A stretch of DNA of 34,147 nt, from NCBI GenBank assembly GCA_032718475.1, contig JAUCBJ010007619.1:1-34147 (forward strand), in the 5' to 3' direction. The translations under genes were made by a program, and so were the position numbers. The notes below the pieces were generated by a model. It did not search any database and was not told the DNA's origin. It saw only the letters and a list, made by a program, of their open reading frames with translations. This document shows positions 1 to 11,600 of this stretch, one piece after another; position 1 is the stretch's first letter, and every line of letters begins with the position of its first letter. This DNA comes from Nemertoderma westbladi. Taxonomy: Eukaryota > Animalia > Xenacoelomorpha.

Positions 1-2290
1 CACGGTTAGTAACTCGGTTCTAATTGGGTTTACCACGGTTAGTAACTCGGTTCTAATTGGGTTTACCACGGTTAGTAACTCGGTTCTAATTGGGTTTACC
101 ACGGTTAGTAACTCGGTTCTAATTGGGTTTACCACGGTTAGTAACTCGGTTCTAATTGGGTTTACCACGGTTAGTAACTCGGTTCTAATTGGGTTTACCT
201 GGGTTAGTAACTCGGTTCTAATTGGGTTTACCACGGTTAGTAACTCGGTTCTAATTGGGTTTACCACGGTTAGTAACTCGGCTCTAATTGGGTTTACCAC
301 GGTTAGTAACTCGGTTCTAGTGGGGTTTACCACGGTTAGTAACTCGGTTCTAATTGGGTTTACCACGGTTAGTAACTCGGTTCTAATTGGGTTTACCTGG
401 GTTAGTAACTCGGTTCTAATTGGGTTTACCACGGTTAGTAACTCGGTTCTAATTGGGTTTACCACGGTTAGTAACTCGGCTCTAATTGGGTTTACCACGG
501 TTAGTAACTCGGTTCTAATTGGGTTTACCATACGGTTAGTAACTCGGTTCTAATTGGGTTTACCACAGTTAGTAACTCGGTTCTAATTGGGTTTACCACG
601 GTTAGTAACTCGGTTCTAATTGGGTTTACCTTGGTTAGTAACTCGGTTCTAATTGGGTTTACCACGGTTAGTAACTCGGTTCTAATTGGGTTTACCACGG
701 TTAGTAACTCGGCTCTAATTGGGTTTACCACGGTTAGTAACTCGGTTCTAGTTGGGTTTACCACGGTTAGTAACTCGGTTCTAATTGTGTTTACCACGGT
801 TAGTAACTCGGTTCTAATTGGGTTTACCACGGTTAGTAACTCGGTTCTAGTTGGGTTTACCACGGTTAGTAACTCGGTTCTAATTGGGTTTACCACGGTT
901 AGTAACTCGGTTCTAATTGGGTTTACCACGGTTAGTAACTCGGTTCTAATTGGGTTTACCACGGTTAGTAACTCGGTTCTAATTGGGTTTACCATACGGT
1001 TAGTAACTCGGTTCTAGTTGGGTTTACCACAGTTAGTAACTCGGTTCTAATTGGGTTTACCACGGTTAGTAACTCGGTTCTATTTGGGTTTACCTGGGTT
1101 AGTAACTCGGTTCTAATTGGGTTTACCACGGTTTGTAACTCGGTTCTAATTGGGTTTACCACGGTTAGTAACTCGGTTCTAATTTGGTTTACCGCGGTTA
1201 GTAACTCGGTTCTAATTGGGTTTACCACGGTTAGTAACTCGGCTCTAATTGGGTTTACCTCGGTTAGTAACTCGGTTCTAGTTGGGTTTACCACGGTTAG
1301 TAACTCGGTTCTAATTGGGTTTACCACGGTTAGTAACTCGGTTCTAATTGGGTTTACCACGGTTAGTAACTCGGTTCTAATTGGGTTTACCACGGTTAGT
1401 AACTCGGTTCTAATTGGGTTTACCACGGTTAGTAACTCGGTTCTATTTGGGTTTACCTGGGTTAGTAACTCGGTTCTAATTGGGTTTACCACGGTTTGTA
1501 ACTCGGTTCTAATTGGGTTTACCACGGTTAGTAACTCGGTTCTAATTTGGTTTACCGCGGTTAGTAACTCGGTTCTAATTGGGTTTACCACGGTTAGTAA
1601 CTCGGCTCTAATTGGGTTTACCACGGTTAGTAACTCGGTTCTAGTTGGGTTTACCACGGTTAGTTACTCGGTTCTAATTGGGTTTACCACGGTTAGTAAC
1701 TCGGTTCTAATTGGGTTTACCACGGTTAGTAACTCGGTTCTAATTGGGTTTACCACGGTTAGTAACTCGGTTCTAATTGGGTTTACCACGGTTAGTAATT
1801 CGGTTCTAATTGGGTTTACCACGGTTAGTAACTCGGTTCTAATTGGGTTTACCACGGTTAGTAACTCGGTTCTAATTGGGTTTACCACGGTTAGTAACTC
1901 GGTTCTAATTTGGTTTACCGCGGTTAGTAACTCGGTTCTAATTGGGTTTACCACGGTTAGTAACTCGGCTCTAATTGGGTTTACCACGGTTAGTAACTCG
2001 GTTCTAGTTGGGTTTACCACGGTTAGTAACTCGGTTCTAATTGGGTTTACCACGGTTAGTAACTCGGTTCTAATTGGGTTTACCACGGTTAGTAACTCGG
2101 TTCTAATTGGGTTTACCACGGTTAGTAACTCGGTTCTAATTGGGTTTACCACGGTTAGTAATTCGGTTCTAATTGGGTTTACCACGGTTAGTAACTCGGT
2201 TCTAATTGGGTTTACCACGGTTAGTAACTCGGTTCTAATTGGGTTTACCACGGTTAGTAACTCGGTTCTAATTGGGTTTACCACGGTTAG
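1..2290. repeat. Intronic tandem array, 33-bp unit CACGGTTAGTAACTCGGTTCTAATTGGGTTTAC, about 69 copies, runs off the window start
   Basis: Directly visible; near-identical units. Confidence 0.98.
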
Positions 2291-2404
2291 ACACAAGTTT
2301 CTTTTTGTTATATTTGTGACTATATTTAAATATGTTTTATATAGTCAGTATATGTTTATATACAGTCTTAATGTATTTTTATTTGTTGACTAAAATTTCT
2401 ACAG

Positions 2405-2602
2405 ATTGAGAATATGGCCAAGATTCGTGGCAGTGTGTCTAAGCGTTCTGTGGATGGAATGAGACGGCCGTACGCAGCCAGTTGGTTTACGGCTAGTAGC
2501 GGGATCCCCAGGTACTTCCGACTGGGTTCCTCTAACAATGTCTATAACAAACCGTTAGACGAAGGCTATTACTGCGTCTATACTATATCCTATTTGTCTC
2601 AG
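2405..2602 (+). CDS. Lar: Lar exon: membrane-proximal ectodomain with basic processing site ([16 protein letters not shown]...ISYLSQ)
   Basis: ctacag acceptor, CAG|gtaaat donor, 66 codons; KR then PY-AA, F-LG, YNKPL motifs in the same order as in the LAR juxtamembrane region. Confidence 0.85.
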
Positions 2603-5600
2603 GTAAATATTGAGTTTAAGGTTATAATATAACTGTATCAAATAACTATAATAATATACGAATAAACACAATATAGTCAGTCATACAGTAATTATACGAT
2701 TTAGGTCTACAGTGGTTGTTTAGCAACGAACTGTAAGTTCTAGACTAACATTAGTTCATTTACATTGTCGTCATGGATGCGGATTTACATTTAATTAGTC
2801 ACAAACACCCAGACTACACTATCTCTTTACTGAGTTATGATTCTCGTGTCTTTGATTGCATTCACTCTCTACGTTCGTTCGTATGGTTAACCTCTTGAGT
2901 GAGAAGTGCCTGTCGAACTGTAGTGTTACTTTTCTGATGCGCGTACTGTAAAGTGTTACTTTACAAGACCCTCGACCAGTAGTGTTACTTTTTCTGATGA
3001 GCTTACTGTAAAGTGTTACTTTTCTGATGGGCGTACTGTAAAGTGTTACTTTTCGGATGAGCGTACTGTAAAGTGTTACTTTACATACAAGTATGTAACT
3101 ATAGTTATTAATTCATTGGATCGTGTTACTTAGGTAACGAAGTCGGTGTACGTGATCTCTCAGTTCTCGGAACCGTTCCGTGTGGTCCCGTCTGACCCTC
3201 TCGCCGACACCAACCAGGTCGCCGCCACAGACGCCCCCGACTCCAACCAACCCCATCTCTTCTGGATCGCCGGGGTAGCAGCCGGTGTCGTCTTCGTTAT
3301 CGTCGCCGTCCTCGTTGTTATCTTCTGCTTCCGTAAGCGCTCGCTACCCACCATGCCGGACCACAAGGCCTACACGCCGTTACCGCTGCAGCAGCACTCC
3401 AACGACCCGGTGGAACTACGGCGAATCAACTATCAGACGGCCGCGATGCTCGCCAACCCGCCGGTTTCCCTCCTCGAGTTCGGTAGCCATGTAAACCGAT
3501 TGAAACACAACGAAAACGCTAAGTTTTCTCAGGAATACGAGGTGAGGATTTCGGTTTTTAATATCTATAACAATATATGTTCATTCTCTTTATATCAACC
3601 GACCATAAACCGGATGTGTTAGTTGTATAAAACCATTAATTTACCAGTTCGGAGGAGGAATTTATTCGCTATGATATTTAATACACCGTCGCTCCCCCCA
3701 CCAAAAATGTATTTTCTTTGTATTTAATATGTTTAACCGAGTAACCGCGTATATTTGGTTTAATGTCGGAGGTTATGTATCACTTTATATTTAATCGTCT
3801 GATGTAGGTAGCTTACTCCCCGATGCAGTGCACTTAATATCATCAAGCAACCTGTTTAACCTTAGTAGTTCCCTTTTCTGCTATTCTACCCTCCGAGCAG
3901 TTTCATTCTCTCAGTAAACTAAATCACAATCTCAGTGACTAATACAGTGGCCTTTATACGGTATTGGGACTACTGGATCGAGATGGGACACTAAGTTGGC
4001 TGCTGAATCCATGTGGCTATGTGGGGTGTCATTCTGATAATATCTTTAGCAAATATTTCCCTTGGTTAAATTGGAAATACAATAAATAAATGAATTTTTA
4101 TAAATTTCTATAATTTACAGTCGATTGACCCCGGCCAACAGTTTACTTGGGAACACAGCAACAAAGAAATAAACCGAGCGAGGAATCGTTACGGCAATGT
4201 TATAGCATACGATCATTCCCGAGTCGTTCTACATGATAACGAAACAGGTGGGTTATAACCAAAACACTAAACTACTAGTAGCGTAAGTCCTATAAGTATA
4301 TTTTAAAATTATTTTAAATTATTTTAAAGACAGTTATAGAGAAATTGTGAAATAAAACTGGTTGTAGAATTCGAGATAATTTAGAGAAACTCTGTTTACA
4401 TCGTAACTTTTCTGTATGAAAAGTCCTGTCGTTGCCGTTCTTTGACTGGGACCGTATAACGATGAGTTTCTTCCCAGGAGATTACATCAACGCGAATTAT
4501 TTGGACGGCTATAAGAAACCCAATGCTTATATCGCAACCCAAGGTCCGTTGCCTGAGACATTCGGAGACTTCTGGGCGATGGTTTGGGAGCAGAAATCTC
4601 GAGTTATTGTAATGATGACTCGATTGGAGGAGAGGGGACGGGTTAGTCGTTTATTTATCTTCTTTGATAAAGTTTTACATAAAAGTAGCTCTTAAACTCT
4701 GTAGTTCTGAGCGAAGTTCTTTAACAATATACTTTGCAGTAATAATTTATTCCGCTCTTCTGATATTAGAATATTTTATGTGAATGTAATTCAACGCCGC
4801 AATTTTCGACTTTTTGACATTTTAGATATTTTTTATATTTTATTATTTGACTATTTAGATTTTCTGTCTGTTGATTGTTTATATAACAATAATATAGTGT
4901 TTGTGAACAAAATAAAATAATACCGGTACTTACTCTACTCATGCAATTAATCCTTAAATTTGTTTTGGTTATTTACATTCGGTTTGTATTTTTAATGTTT
5001 CAGGTGAAATGCGACCATTATTGGCCGATGCGATTGGGTACCTGCCAAGTCTATGGCGGAGTTTCTGTAACCCTTATGGAAATTCTAGAATTATCGTCTT
5101 ACACAATACGTGTATTATCTATTAGTAAGGACAATAGTAAGCGAGAGGTGAGCACACCTTCCCACCTAACTGAACTATAATTATAAATAGAATGATTTAA
5201 AGGTTACAAATCTCACAGTAACCGCAATAACTTGGAAGCAATTAACTTGTTGAAGAGTTTTATTGTATTAATTACCCTAGACCATCTCAATAATAACCAA
5301 CACCGTTTACATAGGTGAAACAGTTCCAGTTCACATCGTGGCCGGACCACGGGGTACCTGACTACCCGACCACAGTGTTGGCCTTCGCGAGACGCGTGCG
5401 GGGTTGTATACCGGTGGAAGATGGACCAATGGTAGTCCATTGTAGGTTAGTGTTTATCTCGTTACCTAGCAACCTGTTGTATACCGGTGGAAGGACCAAT
5501 GGTAGTCCATTGTAGGTTAGTGTTTATCTCGTTACCTAGCAACCTATTGTATACCGGTGGAAGATGGACCAATGGTAGTCCATTGTAGGTTAGTGTTTAT

Positions 5601-8600
5601 CTCGTTACCTAGCAACCTATTGTATACCGGTGGAAGATGGACCAATGGTAGTCCATTGTAGGTTAGTGTTTATCTCGTTACCTAGCAACCTATTGTATAC
5701 CGGTGGAAGATGGACCAATGGTAGTCCATTGTAGGTTAGTGTTTATCTCGTTAGAAATTTTCTTAGTGGACTTTACTAATACGCCTTTTTATTTCATTAA
5801 ATTTATGTAACTAAAGTTATACTTTATTTACTTTTAGCGCTGGCGTCGGCCGTACTGGTTGTTTTGTTGTCATCGACGCGATGTTGGAACGAATTAAACA
5901 CGAGAAGACGGTCGACATTTACGGTCACGTGACCTGCCTTCGCGCGCGTAGGAACTACATGGTTCAGGTTAGTTGGGTTCAAACAGCTGACAATCCCCGC
6001 CGAGGGTCAATAAAGTAACGCTGTTTACGTTTACGGTTTTTTGCTTTAAAAATTTGTGAAAATTTCGAAAAATTCAAAATATTATTGTTATAAACCCGCT
6101 GATCGATATATTATATTGCCCCTCTTCGTATAAAAATACTACATACTTTCGTGTTATACTTAATTCTGATTGGCTGATTTGTTCGGTAGACCGAGGAGCA
6201 GTACGTGTTCATCCACGACGCGGTGCTGGAGGCGGTTTACTGCGGCGTCACCGAAGTCCCAGCGCGGTCGCTCTACAACCATCTACAGCAGCTCAACATC
6301 GTCCCACCCGGGGATACAACCTCCCAACTCGAGTCAGAGTTTCGGAGACTAGCTAACTCGAAGGCTCTGCCCAGTCGGTTCGTGGGCGCTAATCTACCCG
6401 CAAACCGCTTCAAGAACAGACTCGTTAATATTCTTCCATGTGAGTAACTCAGTTAGTAATAACGCACCCAAGGGAGGCTTTATCAGGGGGCGAACTTAAA
6501 CATTCGACAGTTGTAGTAAATTAATATGCAATAGGTTCTCTTTTCAGGTGAAGTTCTTTAGGGCTTTAGTTACTTTTCATCTTATTCACTAATATGTAAA
6601 AATATTTTAAAAATGATAATTTTTAAATTAATATATTGGAATTTTGATGGAAAATTTGTTGAAAATTGTTATGAAAGTAATTAAGTTTCACTCCCGAGAT
6701 TTTAAAACAAAATATAAATTATCTTTAGCAATAAAAAATTTTAGAATTTTATATAAAAAGTAAAACTTAAATTAAGTTTCGTAGTTAATTAATTAACTCC
6801 AATTAATAATTGTTGTTTAGTTGAGTCGACTAGAGTTCTCCTCCAGCCGATTCGGGGTTCCGATGGTTCGGATTACATCAACGCGAGTTACATCGACGGC
6901 TATCGACTCAAGAAGAACTTTATAGCGACGCAGGGGCCTCTAGCGGAGACTACTGACGATTACTGGAGGATGGTGTGGGAACACAACTCCAGTATCCTAG
7001 TGATGCTAACCAAACTGAGGGAGATGGCTCGGGTAAGTTCTACAGTGATTGGCGAACCAGGCTATTTTTGTGGTGGTGAACGTGAATTCCTTGGCTTAAT
7101 GAGCTTAAACGACTTTCTCATTCATTAGAATTTTAATGTTATTTTCTATTGTAGGAGAAATGTCACCAATATTGGCCAATGGAGAAAGCGACGCAGTGCC
7201 AATATATTGTGGTGGACCCGTTACATGAATACCAGATGCCGCAATACATAGTGAGGGAATTCAAGTTAACAGATACAAGAGTAAGTTAAAGTAAAGTTCA
7301 CATACTGGCAAGAGTTGGCTGGTAGATTCTTTCATGTATTCTATTTGGTAAATTATAACCATACGCAGTGACAATGAGTGACAACGTCGCAGTGACAATG
7401 AGTGACAACGTCGTAGTGACAATGAGTGACAACGCCGTAGTGACAATGAGTGACAACGTCGCAGTGATAATGTGTGACAACGTCGTAGTGACAATGAGTG
7501 ACAACGTCGCAGTAATAATGAGTGACAACGTCGCAGTGATAATGAGTGACAACGTCGTAGTGACAATGACTGACAACGTCGCAGTGACAATGAGTGACAA
7601 CTTCGTAGTGACAATGAGTGACAACGTCGCAGTAATAATGAGTGACAACGTCGCAGTGATAATGAGTGACAACGTCGTAGTGACAATGAGTGACAACGTC
7701 GCAGTAATAATGAGTGACAACGTCGTAGTGACAATGAGTGACAACGTCGTAGTGACAATGAGTGACAACGTCGCAGTGATAATGAGTGACAACGTCGCAG
7801 TGATAATGAGTGACAACGTCGCAGTGACAATGAGTGAAAACGTCGTAGCGACAATGAGTGACAACGTCGCAGTGATAATGAGTGACAACGTCGCAGTGAT
7901 AATGAGTGACAACGTCGCAGTGACAATGAGTGAAAACGTCGTAGCGACAATGAGTGACAACGTCGCAGTGATAATGAGTGACAACGTCGCAGTGACAATG
8001 AGTGACAACGTCGTAGTGACAATGAGTGACAACGTCGTAGTGACAATGAGTGACAACGTCGTAGTGACAATGAGTGACAACGTCGTAGTGACAATGAGTG
8101 ACAACGTCGTAGTGACAATGAGTGACAACGTCGCAGTGATAATGAGTGACAACGTCGCAGTGACAATGAGTGGCAACGTCGTAGTGACAATCAGTGACAA
8201 CGTCGTAGTGACAATGAGTGACAACGTCGTAGTGACAATGAGTGACAACGTCGCAGTGATAATGAGTGACAACGTCGCAGTGACAATGAGTGAAAACGTC
8301 GCAGTGGTAATGAGTGATAACGTCGCAGTGGTAATGAGTGACAACGTCGTAGTGACAATGAGTGACAACGTCGTAGTGACAATGAGTGACAACGTCGCAG
8401 TGATAATGAGTGACAACGTCGCAGTGACAATGAGTGACAACGTCGTAGTGACAATCAGTGACAACGTCGTAGTGACAATGAGTGACAACGTCGTAGTGAC
8501 AATGAGTGACAACGTCGCAGTAATAATGAGTGACAACGTCGTAGTGACAATGAGTGACAACGTCGCAGCGACAATGAGTGACAACGTCGCAGTGATAATG

Positions 8601-11600
8601 AGTGACAACGTCGCAGTGATAATGAGTGACAACGTCGCAGTGATAATGAGTGACAACGTCGCAGTGACAATGAGTGAAAACGCCGTAGCGACAATGAGTG
8701 ACAACGTCGCAGTGACAATGAGTGACAACGTCGTAGTGACAATGAGTGACAACGTCGCAGTGATAATGAGTGACAACGTCGCAGTGATAATGAGTGACAA
8801 CGTCGTAGTGACAATGAGTGACAACGTCGCAGTGACAATGAGTGAAAACGTCGTAGCGACAATGAGTGACAACGTCGTAGTGACAATGAGTGACAACGTC
8901 GCAGTAATAATGAGTGACAACGTCGTAGTGACAATGAGTGACAACGTCGTAGTGGTAATGAGTGACAACGTCGCAGTGACAATGAGTGACAACGTCGCAG
9001 TGACAATGAGTGACAACATCGTAGTGACAATGAGTGACAACGTCGTAGTGACAATGAGTGACAACGTCGCAGTAATAATGAGTGACAACGTCGTAGTGAC
9101 AATGAGTGACAACGTCGTAGTGGTAATGAGTGACAACGTCGCAGTGACAATGAGTGACAACGTCGCAGTGACAATGAGTGACAACATCGTAGTGACAATG
9201 AGTGACAACGTCGCAGTGACAATGAGTGACAACGTCGCAGTAATAATGAGTGACAACGTCGTAGTGACAATGAGTGACAACTTCGCAGTGATAATGAGTG
9301 ACAACGTCGCAGTGACAATGAGTGACAACGTCGCAGTGACAATGAGTGACAACGTCGTAGTGACAATGAGTGACAACGTCGTAGTGACAATGAGTGACAA
9401 CGTCGCAGTGACAATGAGTGACAACGTCGTAGTGACAATGAGTGACAACGTCGCAGTAATAATGAGTGACAACGTCGTAGTGACAATGAGTGACAACGTC
9501 GCAGTAATAATGAGTGACAACGTCGTAGTGACAATGAGTGACAACGTCGCAGTGACAATGAGTGACAACGTCGCAGTGACAATGAGTGACAACGTCGCAG
9601 TGACAATGAGTGAAAACGTCGTAGCGACAATGAGTGACAACGTCGTAGTGACAATGAGTGACAACGTCGCAGTAATAATGAGTGACAACGTCGTAGTGAC
9701 AATGAGTGACAACGTCGCAGTGATAATGAGTGACAACGTCGCAGTGACAATGAGTGACAACGTCGCAGTGACAATGAGTGACAACGTCGTAGTGACAATG
9801 AGTGACAACGTCGTAGTGGTAATGAGTGACAACGTCGCAGTGACAATGAGTGACAACGTCGCAGTGACAATGAGTGACAACGTCGCAGTGACAATGAGTG
9901 ACAACGTCGCAGTGATAATGAGTGACAACGTCGCAGTGGTAATGAGCGACAACGTCGCAGTGATAATGAGTGACAACGTCGCAGTGACAATGAGTGACAA
10001 CGTCGCAGTGATAATGAGTGACAACGTCGCAGTGGTAATGAGCGACAACGTCGCAGTGATAATGAGTGACAACGTCGCAGTGGTAATGAGTGACAACGTC
10101 GTAGTGACAATGAGTGACAACGTCGCAGTGATAATGAGTGACAACGTCGCAGTGACAATGAGTGACAACGTCGCAGTGATAATGAGTTCCGAAAAGCTAG
10201 AAGGACAATAGACCTCATTCTGACAGGATAATTGATAAGTTATTTACAAGGGAATAGAGTCGCTTAACTCATCTTCTTTGTATTGTAGACTACTCCGAGC
10301 GCGTGTGTTAGAGGTGGTTGCGAGACGTTAGTGCCCGCGAGACGTTAGTGCCCGCGAGATGTTAGTGCCCGCGAGACATTAGTGCCCGCGAGACGTTATG
10401 CCCGCGAGACGTTAGTGCCAGCGAGACGTTAGTGCCCGCGAGACGTTAGTGCCCGCGAGACGTTATGCCCGCGAGACGTTAGTGCCCGCGAGACGTTAGT
10501 GCCCGCGAGAATTTAGTGCCCGCGAGACGTTAGTGCCCGCGAGACGTTAGTGCCCGCGAGACGTTAGTGCCTGCGAGACGTTACTACCCGCGAGACGTAT
10601 GGCCCGCGAGACGTTAGTGCCCGCGAGACTTTAGTGCCCGCGAGACTTTAGTGCCCGCGAGATGTTAGTGCCCGCGAGACGTTTGTGCCAGCGAGACGTT
10701 ATGCCCGCGAGACGTTAGTGCCCGCGAGACGTTAGTGCCCGCGAGACGTTACTACCCGCGAGACGTTACTACCCGCGAGACGTATGGCCCGCGAGACGTT
10801 AGTGCCCGCGAGACTTTAGTGCCCGCGAGACTTTAGTGCCCGCGAGACGTAGGGCCCGCGAGACGTTAGTGCCCGCGAGACTTTAGTGCCCGCGAGACTT
10901 TAGTGCCCGCGAGACGTTAGTGCCCGCGAGACGTTTGTGCCCGCGAGACGTTATGCCCGCGAGACGTTAGTGCCCGCGAGACGTTAGTGCCCGCGAGACG
11001 TTACTACCCGCGAGACGTTACTACCCGCGAGACGTATGGCCCGCGAGACGTTAGTGCCCGCGAGACTTTAGTGCCCGCGAGACTTTAGTGCCCGCGAGAC
11101 GTAGGGCCCGCGAGACGTTAGTGCCCGCGAGACTTTAGTGCCCGCGAGACGTTAGTGCCCGCGAGACGTTAGTGCCCGCGAGACGTTAGTGCCTGCGAGA
11201 CGTTACTACCCGCGAGACGTATGGCCCGCGAGACGTTAGTGCCCGCGAGACTTTAGTGCCCGCGAGACTTTAGTGCCCGCGAGACGTTAGTGCCCGCGAG
11301 ACGTTTGTGCCCGCGAGACGTTATGCCCGCGAGACGTTAGTGCCCGCGAGACGTTAGTGCCCGCGTGACGTTACTACCCGCGAGACGTTACTACCCGCGA
11401 GACGTATGGCCCGCGAGACGTTAGTGCCCGCGAGACTTTAGTGCCCGCGAGACTTTAGTGCCCGCGAGACGTAGGGCCCGCGAGACGTTAGTGCCCGCGA
11501 GACTTTAGTGCCCGCGAGACTTTAGTGCCCGCGAGACGTTATGCCCGCCTCCCAAGACCCACAAACACACGTTATTATTTTTACGTGTTTCAGGATGGCC

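Noticed and set aside
320-2296. VVNPIRTELLT and VSNSVLIGFTT repeat ORFs
   Set aside because: Translation of a 33-bp satellite; broken by 2-bp insertions and stops
5446-5760. Duplicated units as new cassette micro-exons (CCTAG acceptor to next donor)
   Set aside because: The piece would be 49 nt (frameshifting; 46 nt in the deleted copy), adjacent introns only 24 nt, and the polypyrimidine tract is weak
7261-10218. 947-aa MSDNVAVT-repeat ORF (+) and 956/587/309-aa ORFs (-), superficially like octapeptide beta-solenoid or ice-binding proteins
   Set aside because: A 24-bp unit is a multiple of 3, so frames stay open on both strands trivially; the common variants are mostly non-synonymous; no unique domains; lies inside a well-defined Lar intron
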